From NCBI GenBank assembly GCA_047967505.1, contig CM106538.1: DNA of 64,000 nt. The stretch is one strand, 5' to 3'. Below the pieces are notes generated by a model. That model had not been told where the DNA came from. It ran no database searches and saw only the letters and a program-made list of their open reading frames with translations. Below are positions 37,779 to 50,360 of the stretch, piece after piece. This DNA is from Dipteris shenzhenensis. Taxonomy: Eukaryota. Within the stretch, counting starts at the first letter, position 1. Each line of letters starts with the position of its first letter. The position numbers and the translations under genes were made by a program.

Positions 37779-38720
37779 GGAGGGATGGAGAGATAGAAAA
37801 AGAGAGAAAGAAAGAGAGAGGGGGAGGGAAAAGAGGTAGAAAGAGAGAGAAAGAGAGAGGGGGGAGGGAAAGAGAGGGAGAAAGAGAGAGAAAGAGGGAG
37901 AGGGGGAGGGAAAGAGAGGGAGAAAGAGAGAAAGGGGGAGGGGGTGGTGGTGGAGGGGGGTGGTGGAGGGGGAGGGGGGGAGGGGAAGGGGGGAAGGGGG
38001 GAGGGGGAGATGGAGATGGAGGGGGGGTGGGGGAGGGGGAAGGGGTGGTGGAGATGGAGGGAGAAGGGGGGAGGGGTGGTGGAGATGGAGGGGGGCAGGG
38101 GAAGGGGGGAGGGGGGGAAGGGGAGATGGAGATGGAGGGGGGGGGGAGGGGGTGGTGGAGATGGAGGGAGAAGGGGGGAGGGGGTGAGGGCATGGTGGAG
38201 ATGGAGGGAAGAGGGGGGAGGGGGTGGTGGAGATGGAGGGGGGGAGGGGGGAGGGGAAGGGGGTGGTGGAAATGGGAGGGAAAAGAGAGAGAGAGAGAGA
38301 AAGGGGGAGGGAAAGAGGGAGGGGGGGTGGTGGAGATGGAGGGGGGAGGGGGTGGTGGAAATGGAGGGGGGAGGGGGAAGGGGGTTGGTGGAAATGGGGG
38401 GGAAGGGGGTGGTGGAGATGGAGGGGGAGGTGGTGGTGGAGATGGAGGGGGAAGGGGGAGGGGTGGTGGAAATGGAGGGGGGAGGGGGAGGGGGAGGAGA
38501 TGGTGGAGATTCAGGGGGGAGGGGGGTGGTGGAGATGGAGGGGGGGAGGGAGAGGCGGTGGTGGAGATGGAGATGGAGGGGGGACGGGGGGAGGGGAGAT
38601 GGAGATGGAGATGGAGGGGGGAGGGGGTGGTGGAGATGGAGGGAGAAGGGGGGAGGGGGTGGTGGAGATGGAGGGAGGAGGGGGGAGGTGGAGATGGAGG
38701 GGGGGAGGGGGGAGGGGGAA
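36660..38720. repeat. low-complexity blocks in the Ty3 leader: AACCT-rich, GC-rich, (GA)n and GGTGGTGGAGATGGAGGG repeats
   Basis: Seen directly. Confidence 0.9.
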
Positions 38721-39368
38721 AAAAAGAGAGAAGAAATAAAAAACTTGACAGACGGAAATTGAAAGGGAGGGAGAGGTGGTCACCTAAATGCTCTCCAAGT
38801 CTTTCTCGATGTCACGGGATTGTTGAAGAACAGTGGACGGTGGGTGGATGGCTAGGTTATCGCTACGAGATGGGCTCGAAGTCACTTACAATGTGAGGAT
38901 GGGAGTAAGGTGGTGGTCGATGGAGAGGGAGGAGTGTCTTGCGTAGGGCTCAGAATGAAGAGGAGGATGGAGGCACAATGTGAAAGATGAGAATGAGGGG
39001 GTGGAGTGGGTTTTTATAGGAAATGAGTTTAGGTTTAGGGCTAAACCCTAAACTTTTCCCGAGCCGTAACTTGTTATGGATAGCTCGGTTTGCTCTTCTG
39101 CAAAAAAGGTGAAATGATTGAAATTGCAAGCTCTATGCATTCGTGTTCACTACCTAACCTAATTGTCAATCAAGTGGCTTCTATTCAAGAAATAAAGAAA
39201 ATTTCTTAAGGTAGTAACCCAAGGTTGATGCTTGGGGTTGATATGTTTGGCTAGAATTGGGAAAAATTTTACTCTCCTTGCCCTTGAGTGTTATTTTCGT
39301 AAAAGTTCAAAGTAGTTTGTTTTTCTACACATACCTGCGTATGTTTACTCTTACTTGAGATGCTAATC

Positions 39369-39386
39369 TCCCCGGCAATGGTGCCA
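39369..39386 (-). other. primer binding site, tRNA-Asp type
   Basis: TGGCACCATTGCCGGGGA on the minus strand, close to the Athila consensus TGGCGCCGTTGCCGGGGA. Confidence 0.85.
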
Positions 39387-39388
39387 AA

Positions 39389-40578
39389 TGTTGGCTCTTT
39401 CCTACTGCTTTCATAGGAAGAGCTGGGTTTTCTCAGTATGCACGGTTTCGAGGCTTTTTGTCACCTACAGATATATTAGAGTTGTCGATTGCAGTATACG
39501 TGTAGCTTAGGACCTCGAGTCGTGTTCCGATGAGAGATGTAGGCTTAAGTGTGGTAAGCGGACATAGTGCATGCATGTGTAAAGGGAACATGAATCATCA
39601 TGGTTGAGGTAATGAAGGCTTTCACCTTCATTGGGGGTTGTAGGGTTTAGGAGGAGTTTAAGGGTTAGAAGGAGGTTCCAGGGTTAGAAGGAGGTTCCAG
39701 GGTTCAAAAGGAGGTTCCAGGGTTAGAAGGAGGTTCTAGGGTTTAGAAGGAGTTCCAGGGTTTAGAAGGAGTCCAGGGTTAGAAGGAGGTTCCAAGGTTC
39801 AAAAGGAGTCCAGGGTTAGAAGGAGAATCCAAGGTTCAGGGTAGAGTACATGGTGGAGAACTCGTCTCCCTTGTAGATCATGGAGTTTAAGGGTTGAGGA
39901 ACAAAGGGTTTAGGGGGAACATAGATGTGGGAGAGGAAGAAGGTGTAAGAGCATGGGGGAAAGAAGAGAGAGGAGGGAGGAGGAGGAGAGAGGAGGAGGA
40001 GGAGGAGGGAGGAAGAGGAGGAGGAGGGAGGAGAAGGAGGAAGGAGGAGGAGGGAGGAGGGAGAGGGATAGGATGGGTTGCAAGGTTGGAGGTGAGGGGA
40101 GGAGGAGTTGCAAGGTCAGGACATGCTTTTGGACGTGGAGTGCAAAGAAGCATGGACACTTGAGACAAATGCTTGGAATACCAAAGTAGACTCAACACAA
40201 TGCCCCAAAGAGTGTGGGATTCATTCCATTATGGGATATTTATACAAGTTGGAGAGCTTCTCTCTCTGCATGTAGGAATTGTAACACATTCTCTCTCTAC
40301 ATGTAGAAGTCGTATGTAGAAGTTGTAACACATTCTCTTTCTACATGTAGAAGTCGTATGTAGAAGTTGTAACACAAAGTTGTAACACATTCTCTTTCTA
40401 CATGTAGAAGTTGTAACACATTCTCTTTCTACATGTAGAAGTCGTATGTAGAAGTTGTAACACAAAGTTGTAACACATTCTCTTTCTACATGTAGAAGTC
40501 GTATGTAGAAGTTGTAACACAAAGTTGTAACACATTCTCTTTCTACATGTAGAAGTCCATGTTGGCACAGAGTCAACA
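39389..40578 (-). repeat. 5' LTR of Ty3 element (1190 bp) with internal minisatellites
   Basis: TG...CA termini; ~19-bp AGGGTTAGAAGGAGGTTCC repeats and TGTAGAAGTTGTAACACATTCTCTTTCTACA repeats. Confidence 0.92.
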
Positions 40579-41240
40579 ATAACCCTCCTCTGTATGCTCC
40601 TCAGAATCACTATTGGAAGTTGATACCTCCATCTTCTCGATTATTTCATCAACCTCCACAATTTGATTTGTCAAGTGATAAATAAGATCCTGGACACACA
40701 AAACAAAATTGAATCTCTCATAGTATTCAAAAGAAATTACATAAACAAAGAAAATTAGAAAATACTTATGGATAGTAACTAACCTTCCCTTCCTCTTTGA
40801 TTTGTTTTGATTGTTCTGCTATAGTAGGCGGAGTAACAGCTTTCAAAGAGAACTTCTCTTCCATAACAATACAAACAATAGGTTTCTTATTGTTATCAAT
40901 CCCAAGCATTTCAACACATTCCTCGTTGGACTCACTTCTTGTGATATCTTTAATCTTTATTATTGGCTTAAAAATTGATCTTCCAGTGGGAAGTGTCTTT
41001 GGAAGCAATAGAGTCATCTCTTCTGTATCAGTGTCAACTTTGATGGTCCATTTTGAACCAATGTTATTGTGTACTTCCGCTATGTCCCATAATCTTTGAA
41101 TTTGCAATGAACCTTCATCAAACAGAGCAAGAACATCATAAATCTGTTGAAGTTGTTGCACCTCAAGACTTGGATCCTTGGCACTTTTTCCAAAGACATG
41201 GATTCCTCTGAAAGTTTGTTTGTTCAACATGATACCTACA
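40579..41240 (-). pseudogene. probable 5' exons of the ParB-methyltransferase gene
   Basis: Open exon ~41236-40781 ending at GK|GTTAGT, then exon ILFYHLTNQIVEVDE...EEGY (~40690-40579) running into the LTR on the same strand as the MTase. Confidence 0.55.
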
Positions 41241-41606
41241 AAAGACATAAACAATGTCAAAATATTATGATATCATGGAGAGAATATCTCAAGTTGAAAA
41301 AAACAAAAGCTAGTACAACAAGCTTGATGGTTTCTAAAAAGACTTTGAGCTTCTAACATCTACATTCTTCATGGAAAACGATGTAGACATGCTTATTACT
41401 AGAACATGATTTCGGACTAGAGAATAAAAAACAAAAAAGCATGAAAAGTAACAACACTACAATGCAAAAACGACAAAATTATGACCAAAATGCCTCTCTC
41501 TTAAATTTAATTTAAAAACACTAAAAAACAACTCCATAATTCGAAGAGAAAATTCTACTTTTCAATACAAATCAACCAAAAAATAAACAAAATTTATCGA
41601 CAAATC

Positions 41607-41653
<47 letters not shown>

Positions 41654-41756
41654 CCTCTCCATCTCTCTCTTGCTCCCTCACACCCTCTTTCTCTCTCCCC
41701 TCTCACTATCTCCCCATCTCTCTCTCCCTCTCTTTCTCTTTCTTCCTATTTCTCTA

Positions 41757-41856
41757 NNNNNNNNNNNNNNNNNNNNNNNNNNNNNNNNNNNNNNNNNNNN
41801 NNNNNNNNNNNNNNNNNNNNNNNNNNNNNNNNNNNNNNNNNNNNNNNNNNNNNNNN
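41757..41856. other. assembly gap (100 N)
   Basis: N run. Confidence 1.
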
Positions 41857-42147
41857 TAATCGAAGAAGAGGAGGAGAAGGAAAACGAGAATAATGCCTCT
41901 AGCAAGCATAGCAAAAGTGTGAGCACACCCTCTTCCCGAGGGCTACGCGGCAAAGGCAGAGGTTGACGTGCACCAAAGCGAGGCCAAAGAGGAGTCCAAG
42001 GACAATGACGAGGAGGGTGTTCTTGGAGAGATGGCACTAAGAGCCTCCTGCAATAAGACAATCGTGCGGGAGTGCATCGAGGACTAGCTACAATCATTCA
42101 CTGTGAGTAGTTCGGTCTTTTGAAGGTCTATAATCTCAAGGCATGGA

Positions 42148-43790
42148 GTGAGAACGAATGTTTGGGCTAAATTTAAAATTTCCTTTGTAGGTGGAAAAAA
42201 CTATCCCTTTGTCCCCGATCCCCTTGTGTTGATTGCTCCCAATGCCCACTATCCGGCAGATCACATCTCGCACCCAAGAGATGCAGGAAACATTCTTCTC
42301 AAGTGGGTACTTACCGGGTTTGGGTGTCTTCATCGTGTCCACCGCCACACCAAGATGCAAAAGAGAGATGTGGATGAGGATGTGAAAAGGGAGTGTAATG
42401 CGCACTGGCTCCGGAAGCACGAAGAATTTGAGGAAGAAATTAGGCACACAGAGTGGGCATTCTTGTCAAATTCCTTATTTTATATTTGGGATGGGAACCA
42501 TCACCACACAGGTTGGATGACCAAGATAAGGACATGTAAGTATTGTAGTCCATTCATTTGGGTGATTCAACATTAGTAGCCACGTTTCATTTGTTTACTC
42601 ATGAATTCTTTTTTTTCTTTCGAGTGCTAGCATAATGATGACGAGCGCTAGCATATATGCGTCCAATGCTGTTTAATGGAGGTGCCCTCGGAAGATGAAG
42701 GAGAGTTGTTGTTTGCTTGTCTTTAGCTGCCTCACCCTCGCTGAAGGATTGTTTAATATGTTGCTTTCGACTCCAGGCTAGCACAGATGGTTGCACCACC
42801 ACTTTTTCGGACCTCATTTGCGAGGCCAGAGTATTGGGTGCTATATCAAATGTGGCAATCCATCGAAGATTGTCAACTGAGCAGAAATAGTGGCTGGACG
42901 CCCATGAAGAAGGCAGCTACTATGAAAGTGCATTGGTACAAAAACCCTCTTCCAGTCATGGCACAGGTGATGTGGATTGTAAGGATTAATAATGGGACAC
43001 TTTTCCCTTTCCTTCTCTAGTTTTCGTAATATGTTTGTTGACAAGGCAACAAATGCATGTGCAGGACACGTATGACAAACACTTGCATCCAGTCATGTAT
43101 AGCCGTCACAGCGAGTTGTTGGATGATGACTTTCGAAAGAAATGGAGAGAAGCGTACTATAGTGTGAACGACAAGCTCTTGAAGCATACGCGTCGACTCC
43201 TAAAGTTGGCTAACCCTGCACTAGGGGCAATATGGTACAAGTATGTAAATTGTGGGGATTACATGTGGAATGACAACGATTAGATGACAGAGACTAACCT
43301 GGCAGGCTTGTCCTTTTGAATGTGCCAGTTTTATGTCTGTAAAAGTGGCAAACCGAGCCCTGAGCCATTTGTCGGGCGAGTGCGAGGATTGGGCCACGAT
43401 ACATGATTCGAACACATCAATGTGTGAGGAGTTCCAGTTGGATCAAAAGTGCTCGGAGGAAGTGTACAAGAAGTGCCCGCTATTCTTGGATTACTCTGAA
43501 GGGGAGCACCCACGAGAGGAGAAAGAAATGTACATGACGTACAACAAACTAAGGGGGCCCAAAGAACCACTGAAGCCTGCAATGACGGTATGTACAAACT
43601 CAAGTGTCCCCCAAAAGATTTCTCTTCCAAGTTATTTTATGTACTTACAAAGGACTCTATGCTACAGGAAAGTGAAGCAAGCAAGGCGGGGGTGCCTGCA
43701 TCTACTAGAGCGGGCAAGAAAGCGGCTGAAAGAACAAGGGAGCAAAAAAAAAGATCGGGAGGCCAAATAAACCCTTTGGGCGAATTTCTT
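42148..43790 (+). pseudogene. multi-exon gene with ParB/Srx-like WDGNH motif
   Basis: FYIWDGNHHHTGW at ~42478-42516, donor GTAAGT at 42536, further exon-like frames at ~42776-42966, 43066-43283 and 43333-43770; stops and frameshifts. Confidence 0.55.
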
Positions 43791-44181
43791 GGGCGAATTT
43801 CTTGCCCTTTGCAAAACAAAAAGTATTGAATTTAAAATAATGACATGTGGCTTCACGAGAGGGCAGATTTCCCTTTTATGTCACAATGCTACCTGCCTAA
43901 CAAGACAACAAGGTGAAAATTTCACTAAGCAACCCTTAAATCCCCTATGAGGTTATCCTTCTATCATAGCATTCATTTAAGGCCCTTGTACGATTCAAAC
44001 TTGGCCTTTGGGGTGTCAAAAACACTCCAACCACTAACCCAATTTTAAGCATGTAAACTGACGCAATCTTAAGCATGTAAACTAACCAAATTAAGTGCGT
44101 AAACCATCCTTAAGTTGGCTTTTTAGTCTCAATTCCAAACATGAAAAATCATCCATAGTGCCACAGGACGAGTGTTCCCTG

Positions 44182-45799
44182 ATGGAGGACCAGTTAATTT
44201 GCCAAACCATCTGCTGCTGCTGCAAGTGCATCCTCGCAGCGTCTCATCACCCCAGCTTCACCCAATGGCTCAGATTCCTCAGACGACGCATTCACCAGCA
44301 CCCCGAGCTCAAATTCCAAGAGTTCGACACCAGCGCCTTGATCAGATCAGAGCTCGATCGACTTCACGTCCCTTACCGATCTCCCTTTGCTGAGACTGGA
44401 GTGGTAGCCACCATTGGCACCGGGAATCCCCCCTTCGTTGCACTCCGAGCCGATATGGATGCTTTAGCTTTGCAGGTCAGGATTTTTCTCCGTACCCATG
44501 AGGTCAGAGTTGAACGCTTCTTCCGCTAAGCTTGCAGAGCTTTTGCCATTTTGCAGGAGCTTGTGGAATGGGAGCACAAGAGCAAAAGGAATGGAAAGAT
44601 GCACGCTTGCGGCCATGACGCGCATGTGGCAATGTTGCTGGGAGCAGCGAAACTGCTACAGGAACGGGCGCATCTTTTACAGGTATGTGTCAGGTCCTCG
44701 ATTTGCTGCTGACGGATTCAGAAGATTGCGATGTATGGCAAGAAATTTGGAACAAGATTGCAAGGAAACTGAAGTAATGTTCGGCAAGAAATCTTCTGTT
44801 TGACCGATCCTTCTTTAAAAAGCAGGGAACGGTGCTGCTTCTATTTCAGCCAGCAGAGGAAGGAGGTGCGGGAGCGAAACGCATGGTGGAGGAAGGCGCA
44901 CTGGGCAACGCGGAGGCGATCTTCGCACTGCATGTCGCAAACGAACTGCCTACGGGAAAATGGGCCTCCAAGCCAGCACACATGCTAGCAGGGGGTGGCA
45001 AGTTTGAAGCAACAATCGAAGGCAAAGGTGGGCATGCAGGGTTGCCACACAAGGCAGTAGATCCCATCGTTGCTGCAGCGTCCGTCGTCTCCAGCTTGCA
45101 GACCATCATCTCCAGGGAAGCCGACCCCCTTGACGGTCAGGTTTGCTCTCTCGCACCCAGAAGCAAGGATCGGGCGTAGCCACATTTGCTTGCTTCATGA
45201 TCCATTCTGTGGTTTGACAGGTGATTTCAGTGTGCTACATCAAGGGGGGTGAGGCTTACAACGTGTTGCCAAGCTCTGTAGTCTTGGGAGGAACCTATCG
45301 AGTGATGGAGAATCAAAATCTGATCAAGCTGAAGCACAGAATCGAAGAGGTAATACACTGTGTAGGACATGTCGGTTGTCAAATGCCGAATGCTGGCATC
45401 TTACTCATGTAAAGTTGACATACGCAGGTTATCAAAGCTCAAGCCGTAGTACATGGGTGCAAAGCCGTCGTGGATTTTGACGAGGAGAACCGGCCAGTGT
45501 ACCCTGCTTTGCTAAATGACGAGAAATCATATGAATTTGCCCGAAAAGTAGCCATTGATCTTCTGGGTGAGAGCAATGTGATCCGTTTGCCTAAGCCGCA
45601 GATGGCTTCTGAAGATTTTCCATTCTACTTAGAGAGAGTGCCAGGTGCTTTTGCCCTGGTAGGATCTGCACCGGCAACCACCACCACGGAAGTGCACAGC
45701 GTGCACTCTCCATATTTTGTTCTGGATGAGGATGTGTTGCCAGTGGGAGCAGCTCTTCACACTGCTACAGCAGAACGGTACCTTGCTGAACATCAGTAG
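44182..45799 (+). CDS. IAA-amino acid hydrolase ILR1-like (M20D amidohydrolase), 5 exons, ~411 aa
   Basis: Exons 44182-44475, 44557-44682, 44826-45140, 45221-45349 and 45428-45799 splice in frame with GT-AG. Motifs [49 protein letters not shown]. Start codon uncertain. Confidence 0.95.
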
Positions 45800-47080
45800 A
45801 TTCTTCGCTTCACAATCTGTCACCTCTGTAGTCTGGGCAGCCACAACAGATTCAATATACTGCTCTTCCAAATGATAGCTTGTTCATGTCTTTAAAAATA
45901 CCTGCTTAATTATCAAGGTATGTATATGTACATTTATGCAGTTGTGTCCATATATTGGGTTGCCTCAATCAAGAATCCACACGGTATGTATCCTACCTGT
46001 AAAGCAAAAAGCAATTGGGGGTTTGGATTCTCTACTGGCCCTACTACTTGAAGCAATTCTGAGAGGAAGATGGAAATGAGAAAGCTTTGTCTCCACAATC
46101 TGATTCTGATACTTAATTGCTAATGCTGCAAGTCTGCTCATCATCTTCCATGTTGCTTCCTGGTTGGTAAGTTAGAATGCAGCAGAGCATTGAAAGAACT
46201 CCTGACTTTGAATCATACTTTAGGGTTTGGAGTCAAACTTCTGCTTTGTCCTCTCTGATGTACCAGAGCTGAAGATTAGTAGCGATGGAACTGCAATTCT
46301 TGAAGGCTTGTGTGAGCTGCAGCACAGTGGACTCCCCAATTGTCATCCTGCAGGCCATGTATCAATGTTCCCAGTTTTTCCTGAGAAACAAGCTAAACAG
46401 AGACTTGTGATGGAGGCAACTCTCGCTCCAAGTTGATTGTTTTCACCCCATCCAATATTCCACTGGCTCTCTCTTTGTCAGAACACAATTTGCAGTGATT
46501 CTGTGACTCCTAATTCAACTTTTCATGTGCATCCTTTGACAAACAGCGGTCCTTTGACATCGATAAATATTTGAACTACTTATGCATTACTTAAGATTTG
46601 GACACTACAGACATTTATTTCTGAGCATTTCATTGCTCTCGTTTGGTCTTTGCTCAATTGCAACAGTTGTAAAGAAGTAGTTAAGAAATAGCAATAAGAA
46701 CCTTCGATGAATCTAGACAGAACAAATAAGTAAACTCTAAGAAGCTTAAAGGTACTCATGCTCATACTAAAGCACATCTTTGACGGAAAGGAGGTACTCA
46801 TGCTCATACTAAAGCACATCTTTGACGGAAAGGCTTGTTAACAATTACTATAAAAGAAGCATCTTTGAGCACATTGATGGGAGTGCATACTCAGACCATA
46901 CAAAACTTTCATGGCTTCTTAGTGTCTCTTTAAAAACTGAGAAATTGATCTACTTGCTTGTAGAAAGTAATAGTATGCAAGAAAGGAAGGAGATAAGAGA
47001 GAGAGGAGCATGATGACAGGAGAGCTTTAGGATTCAGGCATCAAAGGAAAGCTCATAGCATGAGAGATGATGCACACAAT

Positions 47081-47123
<43 letters not shown>

Positions 47124-47744
47124 GTTGACACTTGTCTTTAGTTGAAAATAAAAAATTACAATGGACGAAGGTGTTACTGTTGAACAAAATTGGCAAAACT
47201 GGGGCTAAAATGAAGAGAAATAATTTCTTCCAAAGGTTGCTAAATACCTTCAAAGAAGAGAATATATACTGTAAACACAGTCAAAGTCTTTTCCATGCAT
47301 ATATATATAGTCAAAGTCTTTTCCATGCATATAGATACTGTAAACACAGTCTTTTCCATGCATATACAAAGAAGAGAATATATACTGAAGTCTGTAGTCA
47401 AAGTCTTTTCCATGCATATATAAGGTTGCTAAATACCTACTTTGACTACAGACTTCAGTATATATTCTCTTCTTTGAAGGTATTTAGCAACCTTATATAT
47501 GCATGGAAAAGACTTTGACTACAGACTTCAGTATATATTCTCTTCTTTGAAGGTATTTAACAACCTTATGCATGGAAAAGACTTTGACTGTGTGTACAGT
47601 ATATATACTCTTCTTTGAAGGTATTTAGCAACCTTTGGAAGAAATTATTTCTCTTCATTTTAGTCCCAGTTTTGCCAATTTTGTTCAACAGTAACACCTT
47701 CGTCCATTGTAATTTTTTATTTTCAACTAAAGACAAGTGTCACC
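47124..47744. mobile_element. foldback/MITE-like element with ~175-bp TIRs, TA-flanked
   Basis: 47126-47300 is a near-perfect reverse complement of 47567-47742; TA at 47122-47123 and 47745-47746; the interior is made of duplicated TIR sub-motifs. Confidence 0.88.
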
Positions 47745-48874
47745 TACTCATATACTTCTTCATAGGAAGACTTGTATATCTCATTCTTTTGTGTTCCATT
47801 TTGATACAGTCCTTGTCATACATGAAAAGAGAAGCATAGTAAAATGAGATCTCTAAAGAGAATGCAAAACAAATCTACTTTTACTCAGTAATAACCATTT
47901 GAATGAAGACATCCAAAACCATGTGGAGCTCCCCTTTCATGACCATATTGCAAGTTTCACAATTTCAGTGCAAAGGAATGAGCTTGTAGCTTCCTAGAGT
48001 CTACTAGAAAGCTATGTTAAGCTCCACTTTCATGATCACATAGCAAAATTCATAATTTCTATGTTTGAGAATGAAACTATAGTTTTCAAAATCCAACTCA
48101 AGAGTCCTTGCTTTGCATGCCTCAATCATATTCAAGACTCACCCTTCTTCTTTAAACAATCTCTACACAAGTATCCAAAACCATAACTCTAGAAACTTCC
48201 ATGGATTGTGAACAAGAAGGGGGGCATGCTAACCGTCGCAATGGTTAGCATTTCATATGTTGTAATAGCAAGCAAGAGATGTAGGAGAGAGCGTGAGGAT
48301 TAGCATATGCCATTTGCCTTGGAGCCATATGGGCCCAAGTGGTTGTAATATGAGAATGAGAGAGGTACAAGATAGTACAAAGGTTAGCCCTCCCTTCAAA
48401 AGGTGGAATGCATTTAAGGCTAAAAGTTTGACTTTGGTGTACTTGCAACTTTGAAAATAGAATCTCTCTCTTTCTCCACATTCTCTTGCATTGAGTCTTC
48501 TTGTTTCCTTTTGCTAGTTGCCTTGTGATTGCCACTATCCCCCTCTTCCACTCCCTCTCTCCTTTCATTATCATTCCCTTCTTCCCTTCCCCTTCCTCTC
48601 TTCCCCTTCGCACTTTTCTCACTTGTGGAATCGCTTGCACACAACCCAATAGACGCTTGGGTGACACAAGCATGAGGCTTGCACACACAAAGCTCCCACA
48701 AGAAGTTTCTTGAGAGTAGAGGCTTCAACGACATTCTTCCAAGATCCCCATGACACGTGAGTCACTGGCGGACTACCCAGAGACATGTATCTCTCTAAAT
48801 CCCATGAAGTGTATTTTTTCTATGAAATTTGGAATAGTAATAGGCCATCTCATTTTCCAAAGGAGGGACCATAA

Positions 48875-49515
48875 TGTAGAGGTCTAAGATCATCCAACAA
48901 TCGACCTATTTGAAGGAACATGGTGGAAAGAGGGAGAGAGAGAGAGGGTAGGCTAGGGAGAGAGGAAGTGATACTCAAAAGGAGACATAATGAAATGGAA
49001 ATGAAATTTCTAGAGCAATGAACAAAAATGAGAGTACTCACATGTAGACCAAAGAGCTTGTAGCTTGATACTTGATTGATTTGACACTAGACAAGTACAG
49101 CTCTTGTATAAGAGCACACACACACATATGAACACCTATGCATATGGGATAACTCCCAATATGACATGTGGCATCCATAGAGCATACTAGACTAGAACAT
49201 ACAATAGAACACACTAGAACACACATTTTTGACTCACTTTGGCTTCATATTCCAACACCCCCCCATGAAGGCAAGGTGAGAGACTACTGGAATGGAACCA
49301 AGAACAGAACATGACAATGACGGTCATAAAAAATGTGCATGCCGGTCTAGAACTAGACATGGCGCCCACACAATCTCAGAGGCAAGTGAGCATGGCTTAG
49401 AGGCTAGTGAGCATAACATAGAAAGCTCATCTAGCATGGCTCAGAGGCTCATCATGCATGGACACACTAGACTAGAACACACATTTTTGACTCACTTTGG
49501 CTTCATATTCCAACA
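48875..49515 (-). mobile_element. deleted LTR-element remnant
   Basis: CACATTTTTGACTCACTTTGGCTTCATATTCCAACA occurs twice (~49221 and ~49480); the first copy is followed by CCCCCCC (minus-strand PPT). No TSD found. Confidence 0.5.
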
Positions 49516-49839
49516 CTATGTTGATAAGGACCTAAAGTAGGAGAAATTTCATGAGCTAAGAATTTGATGTTGCATTCCATAGGAGTGGGAATGGCTTATA
49601 GTCATGTAGATGAGAGTGAACCTTTTTAGTATATTTGTCGATAATAATTTATGTATCATTTATTCATATTACCATCCCAAGAAAATAATGGCGTTCTACT
49701 ATATCCCTTATGTTAAACTTGATGTGAGTTGACTATTGGCTTATAAAATGAGGTGTCTGTTAGAACATGTGATTATCTAGTAATTAACGTAAAGACCTAT
49801 AATTATAATATCTTTAGTTGTCTTTTGGATGTAAAGAGA

Positions 49840-50360
49840 CAAATCTAAGTTTGATGGTTCAAAACCTAGAGCAAAAAAGTGATTGTGAATTCTTGAATCC
49901 CCTAAAAAGATTCTGCAATTTGCATAGTTTCTATTCCATGCCAATGAGAACATACCGTGTAGGTTGAGTCATATAGATTTTCTCATTGAGTTATGCATTC
50001 ATGAAAACATTTTTAACATCCATCTTATGTACATGCCAATCAAAGTGTGAAACAAGGGCATGGATAGTTTGATCATTGCCATTGTTGGAACTAGTGCAAT
50101 GGTCTCTTCATAACTTGTTGCATATCCCTTGGCAAATTTGTACTTGTCCATTGCTCCATCTGAGTTAAGCTTGAATTTGGAAACCCATTATTGACCTAAG
50201 GGCTTATCCTCAATAAGGAGATTTGTCAAAGTCCATAAATAGTTCTTGATAAGAGTATTATACTCTTCATCCATTGCTTATTGCCATTCTGGAACTTGCA
50301 TTACTTCTTATAAAGATGTTGGGTCTTCTAATTTCATTATTTTTGCCATAATTGCAACCA
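49840..50360 (-). pseudogene. Copia RT fragment
   Basis: AMDEEYNTL, WVSKFKLNSDGAMDKYK, AKGY and MDVKNVF on the minus strand. Confidence 0.8.

Larger units (their letters stand above)
23706..40578 (-). mobile_element. Ty3/Gypsy LTR retrotransposon, Athila-like, RT/RNase H deleted
   Basis: Paired LTRs, tRNA-Asp-type PBS, gag, zinc knuckles, protease and integrase in Ty3 order; nested Copia inside. Confidence 0.92.

Noticed and set aside
36942-38896. Long Pro/Gly/Ser-Leu-rich ORFs (extensin-like)
   Set aside because: Translations of microsatellite and G-rich repeats that are open in several frames on both strands.
42841-43044. Minus-strand Ulp1-like fragment (KRVFVPMHF)
   Set aside because: No HW catalytic motif; the plus strand has better exon and splice signals.
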